DNA from: Dehalococcoidia bacterium
GTDB lineage: Bacteria; Chloroflexota; Dehalococcoidia; Lucifugimonadales; UBA3495
NCBI GenBank assembly: GCA_965220245.1
Contig: CBDCPI010000006.1
Coordinates: forward strand, 201,876 to 265,875
Length of the DNA: 64,000 bases
Direction of reading: 5' to 3'
Of the stretch, positions 33,260 through 43,119 are shown piece after piece; position 1 is the first letter of the stretch, and every line of letters begins with the position of its first letter. The translations under genes were made by a program, and so were the position numbers. The notes below the pieces were generated by a model. It saw only the letters and a list, made by a program, of their open reading frames with translations. It searched no databases and was not told where the DNA came from.

Positions 33260-34904
33260 TAAAGTTGGAGAACTCGTTGGGCGTTTGCACGTCAATGACG
33301 GTGATGGTATCCGACTTCAAGGCCGACTCCAAGGCCGGGACCAGTTCCTTCACCGACGCCACTTGGACCCCATTGGCCCCGTAGGCTTCCGCCAGCTTGG
33401 CAAAGTCGGGGTTCCGCAGGCCGGTGCCTAGGTACCGCCCATCGTAAAAGTCTTTCTGGCGTTCCTTGAGCACTCCCCAAGAGTTGTCGTTAAACACCAA
33501 GACCACCGGATTCAGGCCGTACTCGACGCAAGTCCCAATCTCTTGAATGTTGAACTGGAACCCGCCGTCCCCGGTTAGGCAAACAACCTGGCGGTCAGGG
33601 AGACCGGCTTTGGCCCCGGCAGCAGCCGGAAAGGCGAAGCCAAGCCCTCCCCACTGGGGCGTCATGTAGGTGCGGGGTTCGTAGGCTTCGAGGCAATAGG
33701 TGGCCCCGCGGTGCGTCGCCACGTTGGCGTCGCCGGTAAAGATAGCGTCCCGTTCGGTTACGCCGCGGATGGCTTCCATCACCCGCATCTCGTTGGGCAG
33801 GGCCTGCCACCAGTAGGCGGAGGACTTTTCCTTGACCTCGCGGATTTCCCGGTCGAACCCCGCCTGAAGCTGGGTCGCCTTACCTTCGACCGCGCTGTTG
33901 ATTTGGCGCAGGGCCGCCCCGGCGTCCGCCACCACGGTGACTGCGGCATTATAGAGTTTGCCGATGGACTCCTCGTCGATGTCGACGTGAATCATGTTGG
34001 CGGGCAGTTCGAGGCCCTTGGCCTTGGCCCTAGAGTGGGAGAGGCTCGAACCAACCACCAAGACCGTATCCAAGCTATCCAAGAACGTCTGTAGCGGGTC
34101 CTCGATGGGGCTTCTGGTCCACCCGGGGATGCCGCCGTATACCCCCAAGGACAGCGGGTTATCCTCGGGTATCGCTCCCTTGCCCGCCGGCGTGGTAAAT
34201 ACCGGCGCCCCCAGGCTCTCCGCCAGCCGGGCCAGTTCCTCAGTCGCCCCGGAGCGGTGCACCCCGGCTCCGGCCAGAATCCCGACCCGTCGGCCGGACA
34301 AGAGCAGCCGCGCCGCCTGCTCCACCGCCGCCGGGTCCCCTTCCGGCGCCGGAAGGAGCATGGATTGCGGAATCTCCATCTCCCCAATCTGGGCTTGAAT
34401 ATCGACAGGCACCTCAATCTCGATAGGCCGGGGACGGCGGGTCTGGAACCGTTCAAAGGCTTCGTAAATACGGTCCGGGATCTCCTCGGGGTTGCTGACG
34501 TGGTTGTTCCACTGGGTGACCGCCGTGAACATACCCAACTGGTCTTTGATCTCGTGCCCGACTCCCAAGCCGCGGCCGTAAAGCTCCTCTTCGGCGGTGC
34601 TGGTTATATTGAGGATTGACGAGGAGCTGAAATAGGCTTCGCCCATGCCGCCCATGGAGTTGGCGGCGCCGGGCCCGGTACTGGTGAAACACACGCCGGG
34701 CTTGCCGGTGACCCTGGCGTAGCCGTCGGCCATGAGGGCCGCGCCGTGTTCGTGCCGGGCGCTGATGAAACGGATGTTATTTTGCTGCTCGAACAAGGCA
34801 TCATAAATATCCATCATGTGAATGGAGATGATGCCGAAGACCGTGTCCACCCCTTGGGCTTGTAACGACTGGACTACCGCCTGTCCACCCTTGAGCTTAG
34901 CCAT
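33255..34904 (-). CDS. Thiamine-diphosphate-dependent enzyme (acetolactate synthase large-subunit-like)
   Basis: 549 aa. N-terminal Pyr domain (HEHGAALMADGYARVTGKPGV) and the TPP-binding motif GDGGFQFNIQE...NDNSWG. Confidence 0.88.
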   Translation of the reverse strand: MAKLKGGQAVVQSLQAQGVDTVFGIISIHMMDIYDALFEQQNNIRFISARHEHGAALMADGYARVTGKPGVCFTSTGPGAANSMGGMGEAYFSSSSILNITSTAEEELYGRGLGVGHEIKDQLGMFTAVTQWNNHVSNPEEIPDRIYEAFERFQTRRPRPIEIEVPVDIQAQIGEMEIPQSMLLPAPEGDPAAVEQAARLLLSGRRVGILAGAGVHRSGATEELARLAESLGAPVFTTPAGKGAIPEDNPLSLGVYGGIPGWTRSPIEDPLQTFLDSLDTVLVVGSSLSHSRAKAKGLELPANMIHVDIDEESIGKLYNAAVTVVADAGAALRQINSAVEGKATQLQAGFDREIREVKEKSSAYWWQALPNEMRVMEAIRGVTERDAIFTGDANVATHRGATYCLEAYEPRTYMTPQWGGLGFAFPAAAGAKAGLPDRQVVCLTGDGGFQFNIQEIGTCVEYGLNPVVLVFNDNSWGVLKERQKDFYDGRYLGTGLRNPDFAKLAEAYGANGVQVASVKELVPALESALKSDTITVIDVQTPNEFSNFT

Positions 34905-34948
34905 AATCGCCTCCTTCTGGTCCGATTCTTTCTGGTTTTAGGGGAATT

Positions 34949-34989
34949 GGTCCTTCGACTCCGCTGCGCTGCGCTCAGGATGAGCGGTT
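34949..34989. repeat. Hairpin REP-like repeat (half unit)
   Basis: ggtccttcgactccgctgcgctgcgctcaggatgagcgg, the same unit as at 14213 and 7641. Confidence 0.7.
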
Positions 34990-35009
34990 CCGTCTGGGCC
35001 AAACTTTGT

Positions 35010-36203
35010 CTATTCGTCTACCCTTTGGCTGCTGCTGTAGTACTCCTCATCCGCCACCTGGGAGAACCGGCCGGGCAAAAAGGCTTGCATTAACTCCGGG
35101 ACTTGGCCCTTGCCCCCCAGGATATAGTCCGCCACCGTCCGGCCGGTGATGGGGCCTAGGTGGACCCCCTTGGTGCCGTGGCCGGTGGCTAAAACAATCC
35201 CTTCCCAACCGGGTACCGGGCCGATAATGGGGAAGCGGTCCGGACTCAAGGGCCGGGACCCGGCCAGTTGCTGGACCAGTTCGGCATCCTGCAAGGCGGG
35301 GAAAACGTCGATGCCCCGCTGGAGCAACTCCACCCGGGCCTTCTCGGTGGGCTGGCGGTCAAACCCTTCGCCAAGAAATAGCTCATCCCGGTCGTAGTCC
35401 CGTCCTCCGGTGCTTCCGATGCTCATAAAACCGTCCCGTCGGCTGATCATGTGACCCCGTTTGGGAGAACTGATGAGCACCGGCAGCGGTTCTCCGGCGA
35501 AGCGGAGCATCAGGCGCTCCCCTTTCAAGGCGCGGACCGGCACCGGAAAATTGATCGATTCCCCAAAGGGAGCGCTCCACACCCCCGCCGCCAGCACGAC
35601 CGTTCCGGCGGAATACTCACCGCTGGCGGTGCGCACTCCGGTGACCGTCGAGCCGTCGATGACCAGTCCAATGACTTCCCGGGCGTGAAGGCGGGCCCCC
35701 TTGGCTTCGGCGGCTTGGCCCAAGGCCAGGGTCAAACGGTAGCTGTCCAACTGGGCCGATTGTTCCTCATACACCGCCCCTCTAATATTGGGAGACAAAC
35801 GGGACTCGATGTTCAATACTTCGCTACCATCGATCCACTTCATGGCAACTTGCTCTTGCTGCCAAGCCATCAGGTCTTTAATTAGGGTCTCTTCCTCTTC
35901 GTCCAAGGCCAAACGAAGGGACGGGCGCTCTTGATAAAGCAGGTCCATCCCGGTAGCCTCCTCCAGTTGTCCCACCAACTCAGGAAATTCCCGGTGGCCG
36001 GCCAGAGCAAACCGGAAAGAAGCTCCGGGGGCAAACTCCGCGCCCAGCAAACTGAGCGAGCCGGTGGCATGGGCTGAGGCGCCGCTGCCGATGGCCTCCC
36101 GTTCCAGCAGGGTTACGCTGGCTCCCTCCCTGGTCAGGTAGTAGGCCACCGAACACCCGATAACTCCGGCTCCAATCACTATTACGTCGGAATGCCCAGC
36201 CAT
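35010..36203 (-). CDS. FAD-dependent oxidoreductase (DAO/sarcosine oxidase beta-like)
   Basis: 397 aa with the N-terminal dinucleotide-binding motif DVIVIGAGVIGCSVAYYL. Confidence 0.85.
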   Translation of the reverse strand: MAGHSDVIVIGAGVIGCSVAYYLTREGASVTLLEREAIGSGASAHATGSLSLLGAEFAPGASFRFALAGHREFPELVGQLEEATGMDLLYQERPSLRLALDEEEETLIKDLMAWQQEQVAMKWIDGSEVLNIESRLSPNIRGAVYEEQSAQLDSYRLTLALGQAAEAKGARLHAREVIGLVIDGSTVTGVRTASGEYSAGTVVLAAGVWSAPFGESINFPVPVRALKGERLMLRFAGEPLPVLISSPKRGHMISRRDGFMSIGSTGGRDYDRDELFLGEGFDRQPTEKARVELLQRGIDVFPALQDAELVQQLAGSRPLSPDRFPIIGPVPGWEGIVLATGHGTKGVHLGPITGRTVADYILGGKGQVPELMQAFLPGRFSQVADEEYYSSSQRVDE

Positions 36204-36372
36204 AACTACCCCTGCGCTTACCTAAATTATTGAGCTAAACGGCTACTAAGCTAAACGTAATGAGTCGAAGGTTGAATGACTCAAATTATGTTTAGGCCCG
36301 GCACTACTGTCAAACTTGGGGGCTCCGGCCAGACCGAAACTCAACAAGATGAGCGTTTCCCCCGGACGGCTT

Positions 36373-37263
36373 TCAACTAACTGCTTGGCGTGGGAATTGA
36401 AACTTGTGGCCGGTTAGCTGCTCGCTGGCCTCCCATAGCTGCCGGGCGGCGTCGCCATCGTAGGAGGCTACGGACGAGGTCATCGGCGCTTCATCCATGA
36501 AGTACCGGCCGGTTACCCCCGCGACATCGGATGATGAAGCGAGGTAGGTAATCGTCCGTGCGCCTCGGTTTACACTGCGGCCGAAGAGACGTACAAACGT
36601 ATTGACTACCTTCCCGCGGAGGCCGTTGTTGCCAAGAAACCCACTGGCGACCAAGCCGGGGTGCATGGCGTTTACGCTGATGCCGGCCCCCTCCAGCCGA
36701 CGGGCCAACTCATAGGTAAATAGGAGGTTAGCCAGCTTGGACTTGCCGTAGGCCAGATAGCCGCCATACCTGCGTTTACACTCCAGGTCCTCGAAGTCCA
36801 AGCGGGCCCCTTGATGAGCGGCGGACGAAACGTTGATTACCCGGGAAGGGCTGCCGGACTGCAATACGTCCAAGAGCAAATTGGTCAGCAGGAAGTAGTT
36901 CAAGTGGTTGAGGGCAAAGGTCAACTCAATGCCGTCCACGCTTACTTGACGGGACAACATCAAGGCCCCGGCGTTGTTTACCAAGACATCCAACCGCGGG
37001 TAGCGGGCCTGGTAGTCCTCGGCTAGCTGGCGAATAGCCCGCTGGGACGATAGGTCGGCCAGTAAGGAGTGTATCTCGGGGTTGCCGGACTGTTCCTGAA
37101 TTTGCGCGACTGCGGCCGCCGTCTTTTGGGGATTTCTCCCCACCAAGACCACCGTGGCGCCCAACCGGGCGATTTGAGCGGCTGCCGCCTTGCCAATACC
37201 CGAGGTCGCGCCGGTGATCAAGCAGGTCTTTTGGCCTAATGGGTTCTGCCCGATACCCTCCAT
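36373..37263 (-). CDS. Short-chain dehydrogenase/reductase (SDR)
   Basis: Start MEGIGQ at 37263. TGATSGIGKAAA cofactor motif, NNAG, and the YGKSK catalytic Y-x3-K. Confidence 0.88.
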   Translation of the reverse strand: MEGIGQNPLGQKTCLITGATSGIGKAAAAQIARLGATVVLVGRNPQKTAAAVAQIQEQSGNPEIHSLLADLSSQRAIRQLAEDYQARYPRLDVLVNNAGALMLSRQVSVDGIELTFALNHLNYFLLTNLLLDVLQSGSPSRVINVSSAAHQGARLDFEDLECKRRYGGYLAYGKSKLANLLFTYELARRLEGAGISVNAMHPGLVASGFLGNNGLRGKVVNTFVRLFGRSVNRGARTITYLASSSDVAGVTGRYFMDEAPMTSSVASYDGDAARQLWEASEQLTGHKFQFPRQAVS

Positions 37264-37509
37264 AATACTTCCCAGTATATCCCAACAACCCTGTCCCGGC
37301 TTCAAGAATTTGGGGATGACCCAGCAACAAATTTGCCAGCGGGGCGACCCGGTCCTACAATCCCTAGAATACGTTCACAAGAAGACGCTTCACTCTAGGG
37401 CCTTAGCAGGCGGTGGGATGGACTCAGGGCTTCTTAGGGCCTTGGGCCGGTTTACTAGAGCGACAAACAGCGCGGCGGAGACACGTAGTCCTGTAGATGA
37501 AGCAGGGTA

Positions 37510-37669
37510 TTTCAGTTTCCATGTTGGAGTGGTGCAGTAACTCCCTACAATGTCATTCTGAGGAGCTTACGACGAAGAATCTAAAGTTTTTCGGCGGCAA
37601 AATGGTTGGTATGGGCAGGATTTTAGACCCTTCGCTGCGCTCAGGGTGACAGGTGACAACTGAAAGACC
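37510..37669. mobile_element. MITE-like element, family with TTTCAGTT...AACTGAAA termini, copy 1
   Basis: Near-identical to 51089-51243 over its full length except for a 7-bp ggtgaca duplication and a few substitutions. The termini tttcagttt and aactgaaag are inverted. The interior is a gtcattctgagg...gaagaatctaaag / ggattttagaccc...ctcagggtgac hairpin. Confidence 0.75.
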
Positions 37670-37695
37670 TTGGTACTGGTATATGAAGGAGAAGT

Positions 37696-38652
37696 ATGGC
37701 AGAGGCGAAGGTGACCTTTGGCTGTAGCTTGGGGTTGGACGGCTACTGGGATGTCGCGGCATTGGCCCAAAGGGCGGAGAGCCTGGGCTTTGAACGGGTC
37801 ACCATCGGCGAGCACGTCATGGACGGCAATCCGCCGCGGCCAACCCTGTTGAATATCCCGGCCATGGCCGCCGCTGCTGGGGCTACCCGCAATATCCGGG
37901 TTATGACCGGCATCGTCATCGCTCCCCTTTATCATCCGGTGATGCTGGCTAAATTGGCTACCACCCTGGACTTGGTTTCCAACGGGCGCTTGGACTTCGG
38001 TATCGGCATCAGCGGCCAGCGCGACACCCAGATCGAGTTTGAAGCCTTGGACATTCCGGTGCGTACCAGGGGGCGCCGCACCGATGAAATTATGCAGGTC
38101 TTGAAGCGCCTTTGGACCGAGGAGCACGTGTCCCATCAGGGCCGGTTTTTCAGCTTCGAAGACGTCACTCTGCTGCCCCGGCCCATGCAGCATCCTTACC
38201 CGCCGATATGGGTGGCGGGGCGCAGCGAGGCCGCCATGCGGCGGGCCGCGTTGTTGGGCGATGGCTGGTACCCGTACTTGTTCACGGTGCGGCGTCTCAA
38301 GGCCAGCAATGAGACCATCGCCAACTACGCCGCCGAAGCGGGGCGAGACTTGTCGGGTTTCCATTGGGGACTGAACCAGCCCACTGCCATCAGCGAGGAC
38401 CCCAACGCGGCGTTGGGGCTGGCGGTGACCAACGTTGGGCAGCGGTACGTGACGCCCGAAAGAAGCGCCGAAGACATCGCCCGGGCCTTGTGCATCTCCG
38501 GTACCCCTCAAGACTGCATCAAGGCGGTCGAGGAACGCATTGATGCGGGAGTCCGGGACTTTAACTTCAGCTTCCTCGCCTCGGAGCCGGAGGAGCTATA
38601 CGCCCAAATGGAATTGTTCTCCGGGCGGGTGATGCCTTATTTCCGTTCTTGA
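37696..38652 (+). CDS. LLM-class F420-dependent oxidoreductase
   Basis: 318 aa. ESLGFERVTIGEHV...IRVMTGIVIAPLYHPVMLAKLATTLDLVSNGRLDFGIGISG. Confidence 0.85.
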   Translation: MAEAKVTFGCSLGLDGYWDVAALAQRAESLGFERVTIGEHVMDGNPPRPTLLNIPAMAAAAGATRNIRVMTGIVIAPLYHPVMLAKLATTLDLVSNGRLDFGIGISGQRDTQIEFEALDIPVRTRGRRTDEIMQVLKRLWTEEHVSHQGRFFSFEDVTLLPRPMQHPYPPIWVAGRSEAAMRRAALLGDGWYPYLFTVRRLKASNETIANYAAEAGRDLSGFHWGLNQPTAISEDPNAALGLAVTNVGQRYVTPERSAEDIARALCISGTPQDCIKAVEERIDAGVRDFNFSFLASEPEELYAQMELFSGRVMPYFRS

Positions 38653-38843
38653 TCTTCGACGCAAAGACGCAAGGGCGCAAAGAGGCAAAAAGTGGCCTTC
38701 GCGTTCCGGTTTTCGGCTATGGCGGTATCAGGTGCAGGGGAGTAAAATCCCCCTAAACCCGGTGTCTTGACCGGATCACCCGGATGGACCCGTTCCGGTG
38801 TCCTGTCGAAAAGAACCAATCCGTCGTGTAGGGGGAGCGCCAC

Positions 38844-40589
38844 ATGCCCGAATCCAATGCTATCAAGTTGGAGACCAACATCGCTGTTCCCATGAGGGAC
38901 GGCGTCAAGCTTTATGCCGACGTCTACCGCCCCGACGGACCGGGGCCGTTTCCTGTCATGTTGCAGCGGACGCCTTACGACAAGACCACGCCCTTGGCCA
39001 TGATGATGTTGGACCCGGTGAAGTCGGCCAAGCACGGCTACGCCACCGTGGTCCAAGACACCCGAGGCCGGTACACGTCTGAGGGGAGCTTCTATTGCTT
39101 CGCCGACGATATTAACGACGGCTACGACACTGTGGAGTGGGCCGCAGCACAGCCTTGGTCCACCGGCAAGGTAGGAATGTATGGCGCATCCTACGTGGGC
39201 GCGACCCAGTGGTTGTCGGCCATTTCACAGCCGCCCCATTTGACCGCCATCGCGCCCAACGTCACCGCTTCCAACTACCACGACGGATGGACCTATCAGG
39301 GGGGCGCTTTCGAATTGGGGTTCAACGTGTCTTGGACCTTGCTGCAACTGACCTTGGCCAACTTCAACACCATCGCCTCCGGCAATGGCGTTCCGGAGGG
39401 TAGCCGGGAGAGTCTAGTGGCTGCGGTGGACCAGATGCAGGACGCTTTCCGGGCCGCGCCCTTGAAAGAGTTTTCCCACCTAAAGGGCGGTCTGGCTGAC
39501 TACTTCTACGATTGGATCGCCCATCCCAGCTACGACGACTACTGGAAGAAGTTGTGCATCGAGGAGCACCATTCTTCGATAACTACCCCGGCCTTGAACA
39601 TCGGAGGGTGGTATGACATTTTCCTGGGCGGCACCATCCGCAATTACTTGGGTATGCGGGAAAAGGCCACCACCGAGGAGGCCCGCAACGGCCAGAAGTT
39701 GATCATCGGCCCTTGGCAGCACGGGTCGAGAGGCACCAGCTTGGTGGGCAGCCATTACTTTGGCCTAGCGGCCGACGCGCTGGCCTTGGACTTGGACGGC
39801 ATCCACTTCAAATGGTTCGACTATTGGTTGAAAGGCGAAGCCAACGGGTTGCTGGAACAGCCGCCGGTACGCATTTTTGTGATGGGCGACAACGTGTGGC
39901 GCGACGAGCAGGAATGGCCTCTGTCTCGCGCCCGGTCTACCAATTACTACCTCCACAGCCAGGGTAAAGCCAACTCCCTGCATGGCAACGGGATGCTGAG
40001 TCCCGAAGCGCCAGTGGACGAACCGCCCGATGTCTTCCTTTACAACCCCAACGACCCGGTCCCGACCACCGGCGGTGGGCTTTGTTGCAACCCCTACTTT
40101 GCCGCCAATGGGGCTTTCGAGCAAAGCGCCGTTGAGGCCCGGGAGGACGTGCTGGTGTACACCACGCCGCCGCTGCAACAGGAGGTGGAAGTAACCGGTC
40201 CGATCACGGTTATCCTTTGGGCGGCCAGTTCGGCCCCCGATACCGACTTTACCGCCAAGCTGGTGGACGTTTGCGAAGAGGGGTGCGCCCGAAACTTGAC
40301 CGACGGCATCATTCGGGCCCGGTACCGGGAATCGATGTCCTCGCCGTCCTTGCTGGAGCCGGGAAGGGCCTATTGCTACACCATCGACCTCTGGGCCACC
40401 AGCAACGTATTCAAGGCGGGGCACCGGATCAGAGTGGAGATTTCCAGCAGCAATTTCCCGCGGTTTGACCGCAATTCCAATACCGGCAACACTATAGCCG
40501 AGGACGCGGTCTTCAAGCCGACGTTGCAAACGGTCCTGCACGACGGCCAGCACCCGTCGCACATCACGTTGCCCATCGTACCCAGGTAG
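38844..40589 (+). CDS. CocE/NonD-family hydrolase (X-Pro dipeptidyl-peptidase S15 family)
   Basis: 581 aa. VPMRDGVKLYADVYRP...VMLQRTPYDK...GYATVVQDTRGRYTSEG...VGMYGASYVG, with a C-terminal jelly-roll domain. Confidence 0.88.
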   Translation: MPESNAIKLETNIAVPMRDGVKLYADVYRPDGPGPFPVMLQRTPYDKTTPLAMMMLDPVKSAKHGYATVVQDTRGRYTSEGSFYCFADDINDGYDTVEWAAAQPWSTGKVGMYGASYVGATQWLSAISQPPHLTAIAPNVTASNYHDGWTYQGGAFELGFNVSWTLLQLTLANFNTIASGNGVPEGSRESLVAAVDQMQDAFRAAPLKEFSHLKGGLADYFYDWIAHPSYDDYWKKLCIEEHHSSITTPALNIGGWYDIFLGGTIRNYLGMREKATTEEARNGQKLIIGPWQHGSRGTSLVGSHYFGLAADALALDLDGIHFKWFDYWLKGEANGLLEQPPVRIFVMGDNVWRDEQEWPLSRARSTNYYLHSQGKANSLHGNGMLSPEAPVDEPPDVFLYNPNDPVPTTGGGLCCNPYFAANGAFEQSAVEAREDVLVYTTPPLQQEVEVTGPITVILWAASSAPDTDFTAKLVDVCEEGCARNLTDGIIRARYRESMSSPSLLEPGRAYCYTIDLWATSNVFKAGHRIRVEISSSNFPRFDRNSNTGNTIAEDAVFKPTLQTVLHDGQHPSHITLPIVPR

Positions 40590-40620
40590 GACCGGCCCAG
40601 GTAGAATCGGCGGACCCAAG

Positions 40621-40827
40621 GGCAATCGCATTTTGTCATTCTGAGGAGCCCTTCGACTTGGCTCAGGATAAACTCCGCGACGAAGAATCTAAAATGCCAG
40701 CCGACCAAAACGGCTTTCCTCGCCGCAGCGACTCCGGGCAAAGGAAACGCATCGACGGCAAGGATTTTAGGCCCTTCACTCCGTTCAGAGTGACAGTAAC
40801 GGGGCAGGGTGACAGAATGCGATTGCC
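40621..40827. repeat. 207-bp hairpin MITE-like element with GGCAATCGCATT termini
   Basis: ggcaatcgcattttgtcattctg at 40621 and cagggtgacagaatgcgattgcc ending at 40827 are inverted. The interior contains gaagaatctaaaatgcc / ggattttaggccc arms. Confidence 0.7.
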
Positions 40828-40897
40828 CTGCATCGCACCCAAGTAGCCTTGGCTATCCACAATCTTAAAGAGAACAAATAGGCATACGGAGGAAAAC

Positions 40898-41884
40898 ATG
40901 CTAGAAAAACCGATGCTCACAGAGATGTTGCGGCGCATGATGCGCATCCGGTATTTCGAGGAGGCGGTCATTAGCATGGTGGAACGGGGCGAGATCGTCG
41001 GCGCCGCCCACTCCTACATCGGAGAAGAAGCGGTAGCCGTGGGCGCTTGCATGGCGCTGCGGGATGACGACTGGATGACCGGCAACCACCGCTCTCACGG
41101 GCACCCCATCGCCAAGGGCGGAGACGTGAGGAAGGCGATGGCCGAGCTCTTGGGCAAGACCACCGGCTTTTGCAAGGGGAAGGGTGGGTCGATGCACTTG
41201 GCCGACTTCAGCGTCGGCATTCTGGGAGAGTCGGGTATCCTGGGGTCTTCCATCCCCACCGCAGTCGGAGCCGCCTTGGGCAGCAGGCTCCAAGGCAACG
41301 ACCGGGTGGCGGTCCCCTTCTTCGGCGACGGCGCCAGCAACGAGGGGGCTTTCCATGAATCGGTCAACCTGGCGGCAGTCTGGAAGCTGCCGGTGGTCTT
41401 CCTGTGCGAAAACAACCAGTACGCGGTTACTAGCAGTTTCAAGGACATGGTGGCTTCGGACAATATCTCCGACCGGTCGGCCGCATACAATATCCCCGGT
41501 GTCTTGGTCGACGGGCAAGACGCCATCGCAATGTACGAGGCGGTTTCGGAGGCAGTGGCCCGGGCCCGGGCCGGGCAGGGCCCCTCTCTAATCGAAGGAC
41601 GCACCTACCGCTACTACGACCACTCCTTGGGACTGGGCCGCATCGTCCGGGACCCTTATCGAGGCGACGACGAGGTCGAGGAGTGGAAGCAACGAGACCC
41701 CATCGTCATTCACAAGCAGCGTCTGTTGGAGCAGGGCATTGTGACCCAGCAGGAAATAGACGATATTGAGAATGAGGTCAAGGAACAGATAGAAGAAGCT
41801 ATCACCTTCGCCAGGGAGAGCCCTTACCCCGAGCCGGGAGACTTGTTCGAGGATATGTTCGCTGACCGCATCCCTCTGGAATAA
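40898..41884 (+). CDS. 2-oxoacid (pyruvate/acetoin-type) dehydrogenase E1 component, alpha subunit
   Basis: 328 aa. The TPP-binding region GDGASNEGAFHESVNLAAVWKLPVVFLCENNQYA is present. Confidence 0.9.
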   Translation: MLEKPMLTEMLRRMMRIRYFEEAVISMVERGEIVGAAHSYIGEEAVAVGACMALRDDDWMTGNHRSHGHPIAKGGDVRKAMAELLGKTTGFCKGKGGSMHLADFSVGILGESGILGSSIPTAVGAALGSRLQGNDRVAVPFFGDGASNEGAFHESVNLAAVWKLPVVFLCENNQYAVTSSFKDMVASDNISDRSAAYNIPGVLVDGQDAIAMYEAVSEAVARARAGQGPSLIEGRTYRYYDHSLGLGRIVRDPYRGDDEVEEWKQRDPIVIHKQRLLEQGIVTQQEIDDIENEVKEQIEEAITFARESPYPEPGDLFEDMFADRIPLE

Positions 41885-41913
41885 CAGGGCCTTTTCAAAG
41901 TCGCTGCCACCAC

Positions 41914-41996
41914 CTGTCATTCTGAGCGGAGCGAAGAATCTCAGCTACAGTGGAGACACCCTTCGGAGAGACCCTTCGCTTTGCTCAGGGTGACAA
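41914..41996. repeat. Hairpin REP-like repeat between the E1 alpha and beta genes
   Basis: cctgtcattctgagcggagcgaagaatctc ... gagacccttcgctttgctcagggtgacaatg. Confidence 0.75.
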
Positions 41997-42058
41997 TGAA
42001 AAGGCCCGGCTGGAATAAGCACGGCGATGGAGAAATCTATTAGCGGGGAGGCCAGGTA

Positions 42059-43039
42059 ATGACACAAACCCAAAACCGAAACATAACCCTGACCCAGGCC
42101 CTCAACGAGGCGATGCGAGAAGAGATGGGCCGCGATGAACGGGTGTTCATCATGGGTGAGGACATCCAACGGGGCGTGTACGGCGCCTCGGCGGGGCTGT
42201 TTGCCGAATTCGGCGGCGAACGGGTCCGGGACTGCCCCCTTTCCGAGAACGCTTTCATGGGGGCCGCCGTGGGGGCGGCGGCCGTGGGAATGCGGCCGAT
42301 AGTCGAAAGCGCCTTCTGCTTCATGTGGGTGGCGATGGACTCCTTGGTGAGCCAAGCGTCCAAGATGCGCTACATGTTTGGCGGCCAAGTAGACCTGCCG
42401 ATAGTGTACCGGTCTTCCATGTACTACGGCGGCAGCATGGCGGCGCACCACTCGGATAGGTCCTATCCGATATTCATGCACATTCCGGGTTTCAAGGTCG
42501 TTTTCCCCAGCAATGCCTACGACGGGAAGGCGTTGTTGAAGACCGCCATCCAGGAAAATGACCCGGTGATCTTCTGCGAAGACCGCACGATTTTGGGAGC
42601 TAGAGCCTACGTGCCGGAGGAAGACTACTCCATCCCCCTGGGTGTGGCCGACGTTAAACGCGAAGGCACCGACGCCACGGTAGTAGCCATCGGAGGTATG
42701 GTGCCTCGCGCTCTGGAGGCTGCCGAAACCTTGGCCGAAGAAGGAATATCCGTTGAGGTAGTCGATCCCCGGAGCCTCGTGCCCCTGGACAAGGCGGCCA
42801 TCCTGAAGTCGGTGGCCAAGACCGGACGGCTGGTCGTAGTGGACATGGCCCACAAGACCTGTAGCGCTGCCAGCGAAATTGCTTCTATTGTGGCCATGGA
42901 GGGTTTCTGGGACTTGCAAGCGCCCATCCAACGGCTGGGCACGGCCAACGTTCACATACCCTTCAGCCCGGCCTTGGAGCCGCTGTGCTACCCCACTGGC
43001 GAGACCATCACCGAGGCGGTGCGGACCACTCTGGGTTAA
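42059..43039 (+). CDS. 2-oxoacid dehydrogenase E1 component, beta subunit
   Basis: 326 aa. ITLTQALNEAMREEMGRDERVFIMGEDI...PIVYRS...FKVVFPSNAYDGKALLKTAIQENDPVIFCE. Confidence 0.9.
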   Translation: MTQTQNRNITLTQALNEAMREEMGRDERVFIMGEDIQRGVYGASAGLFAEFGGERVRDCPLSENAFMGAAVGAAAVGMRPIVESAFCFMWVAMDSLVSQASKMRYMFGGQVDLPIVYRSSMYYGGSMAAHHSDRSYPIFMHIPGFKVVFPSNAYDGKALLKTAIQENDPVIFCEDRTILGARAYVPEEDYSIPLGVADVKREGTDATVVAIGGMVPRALEAAETLAEEGISVEVVDPRSLVPLDKAAILKSVAKTGRLVVVDMAHKTCSAASEIASIVAMEGFWDLQAPIQRLGTANVHIPFSPALEPLCYPTGETITEAVRTTLG

Positions 43040-43119
43040 GTGGCTTAGTCGCGCGCCAGTGCCAGCACTGGCCACTGAGCACTAGCCACTGTCCACTTAT
43101 GCGTTTTGGGAGAAGGATT

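Noticed and set aside
37567-38511. Long antisense ORFs opposite well-supported genes. Examples: 37567-38511, 41945-43075, 43249-44337, 39765-40631, 55658-56350, 62039-63091, 4872-5666, 14459-15247 and 1355-2080.
   Set aside because: Each overlaps a gene with clear family motifs on the other strand and has the biased Arg/Gly/Pro composition expected from the reverse frame of GC-rich coding DNA.
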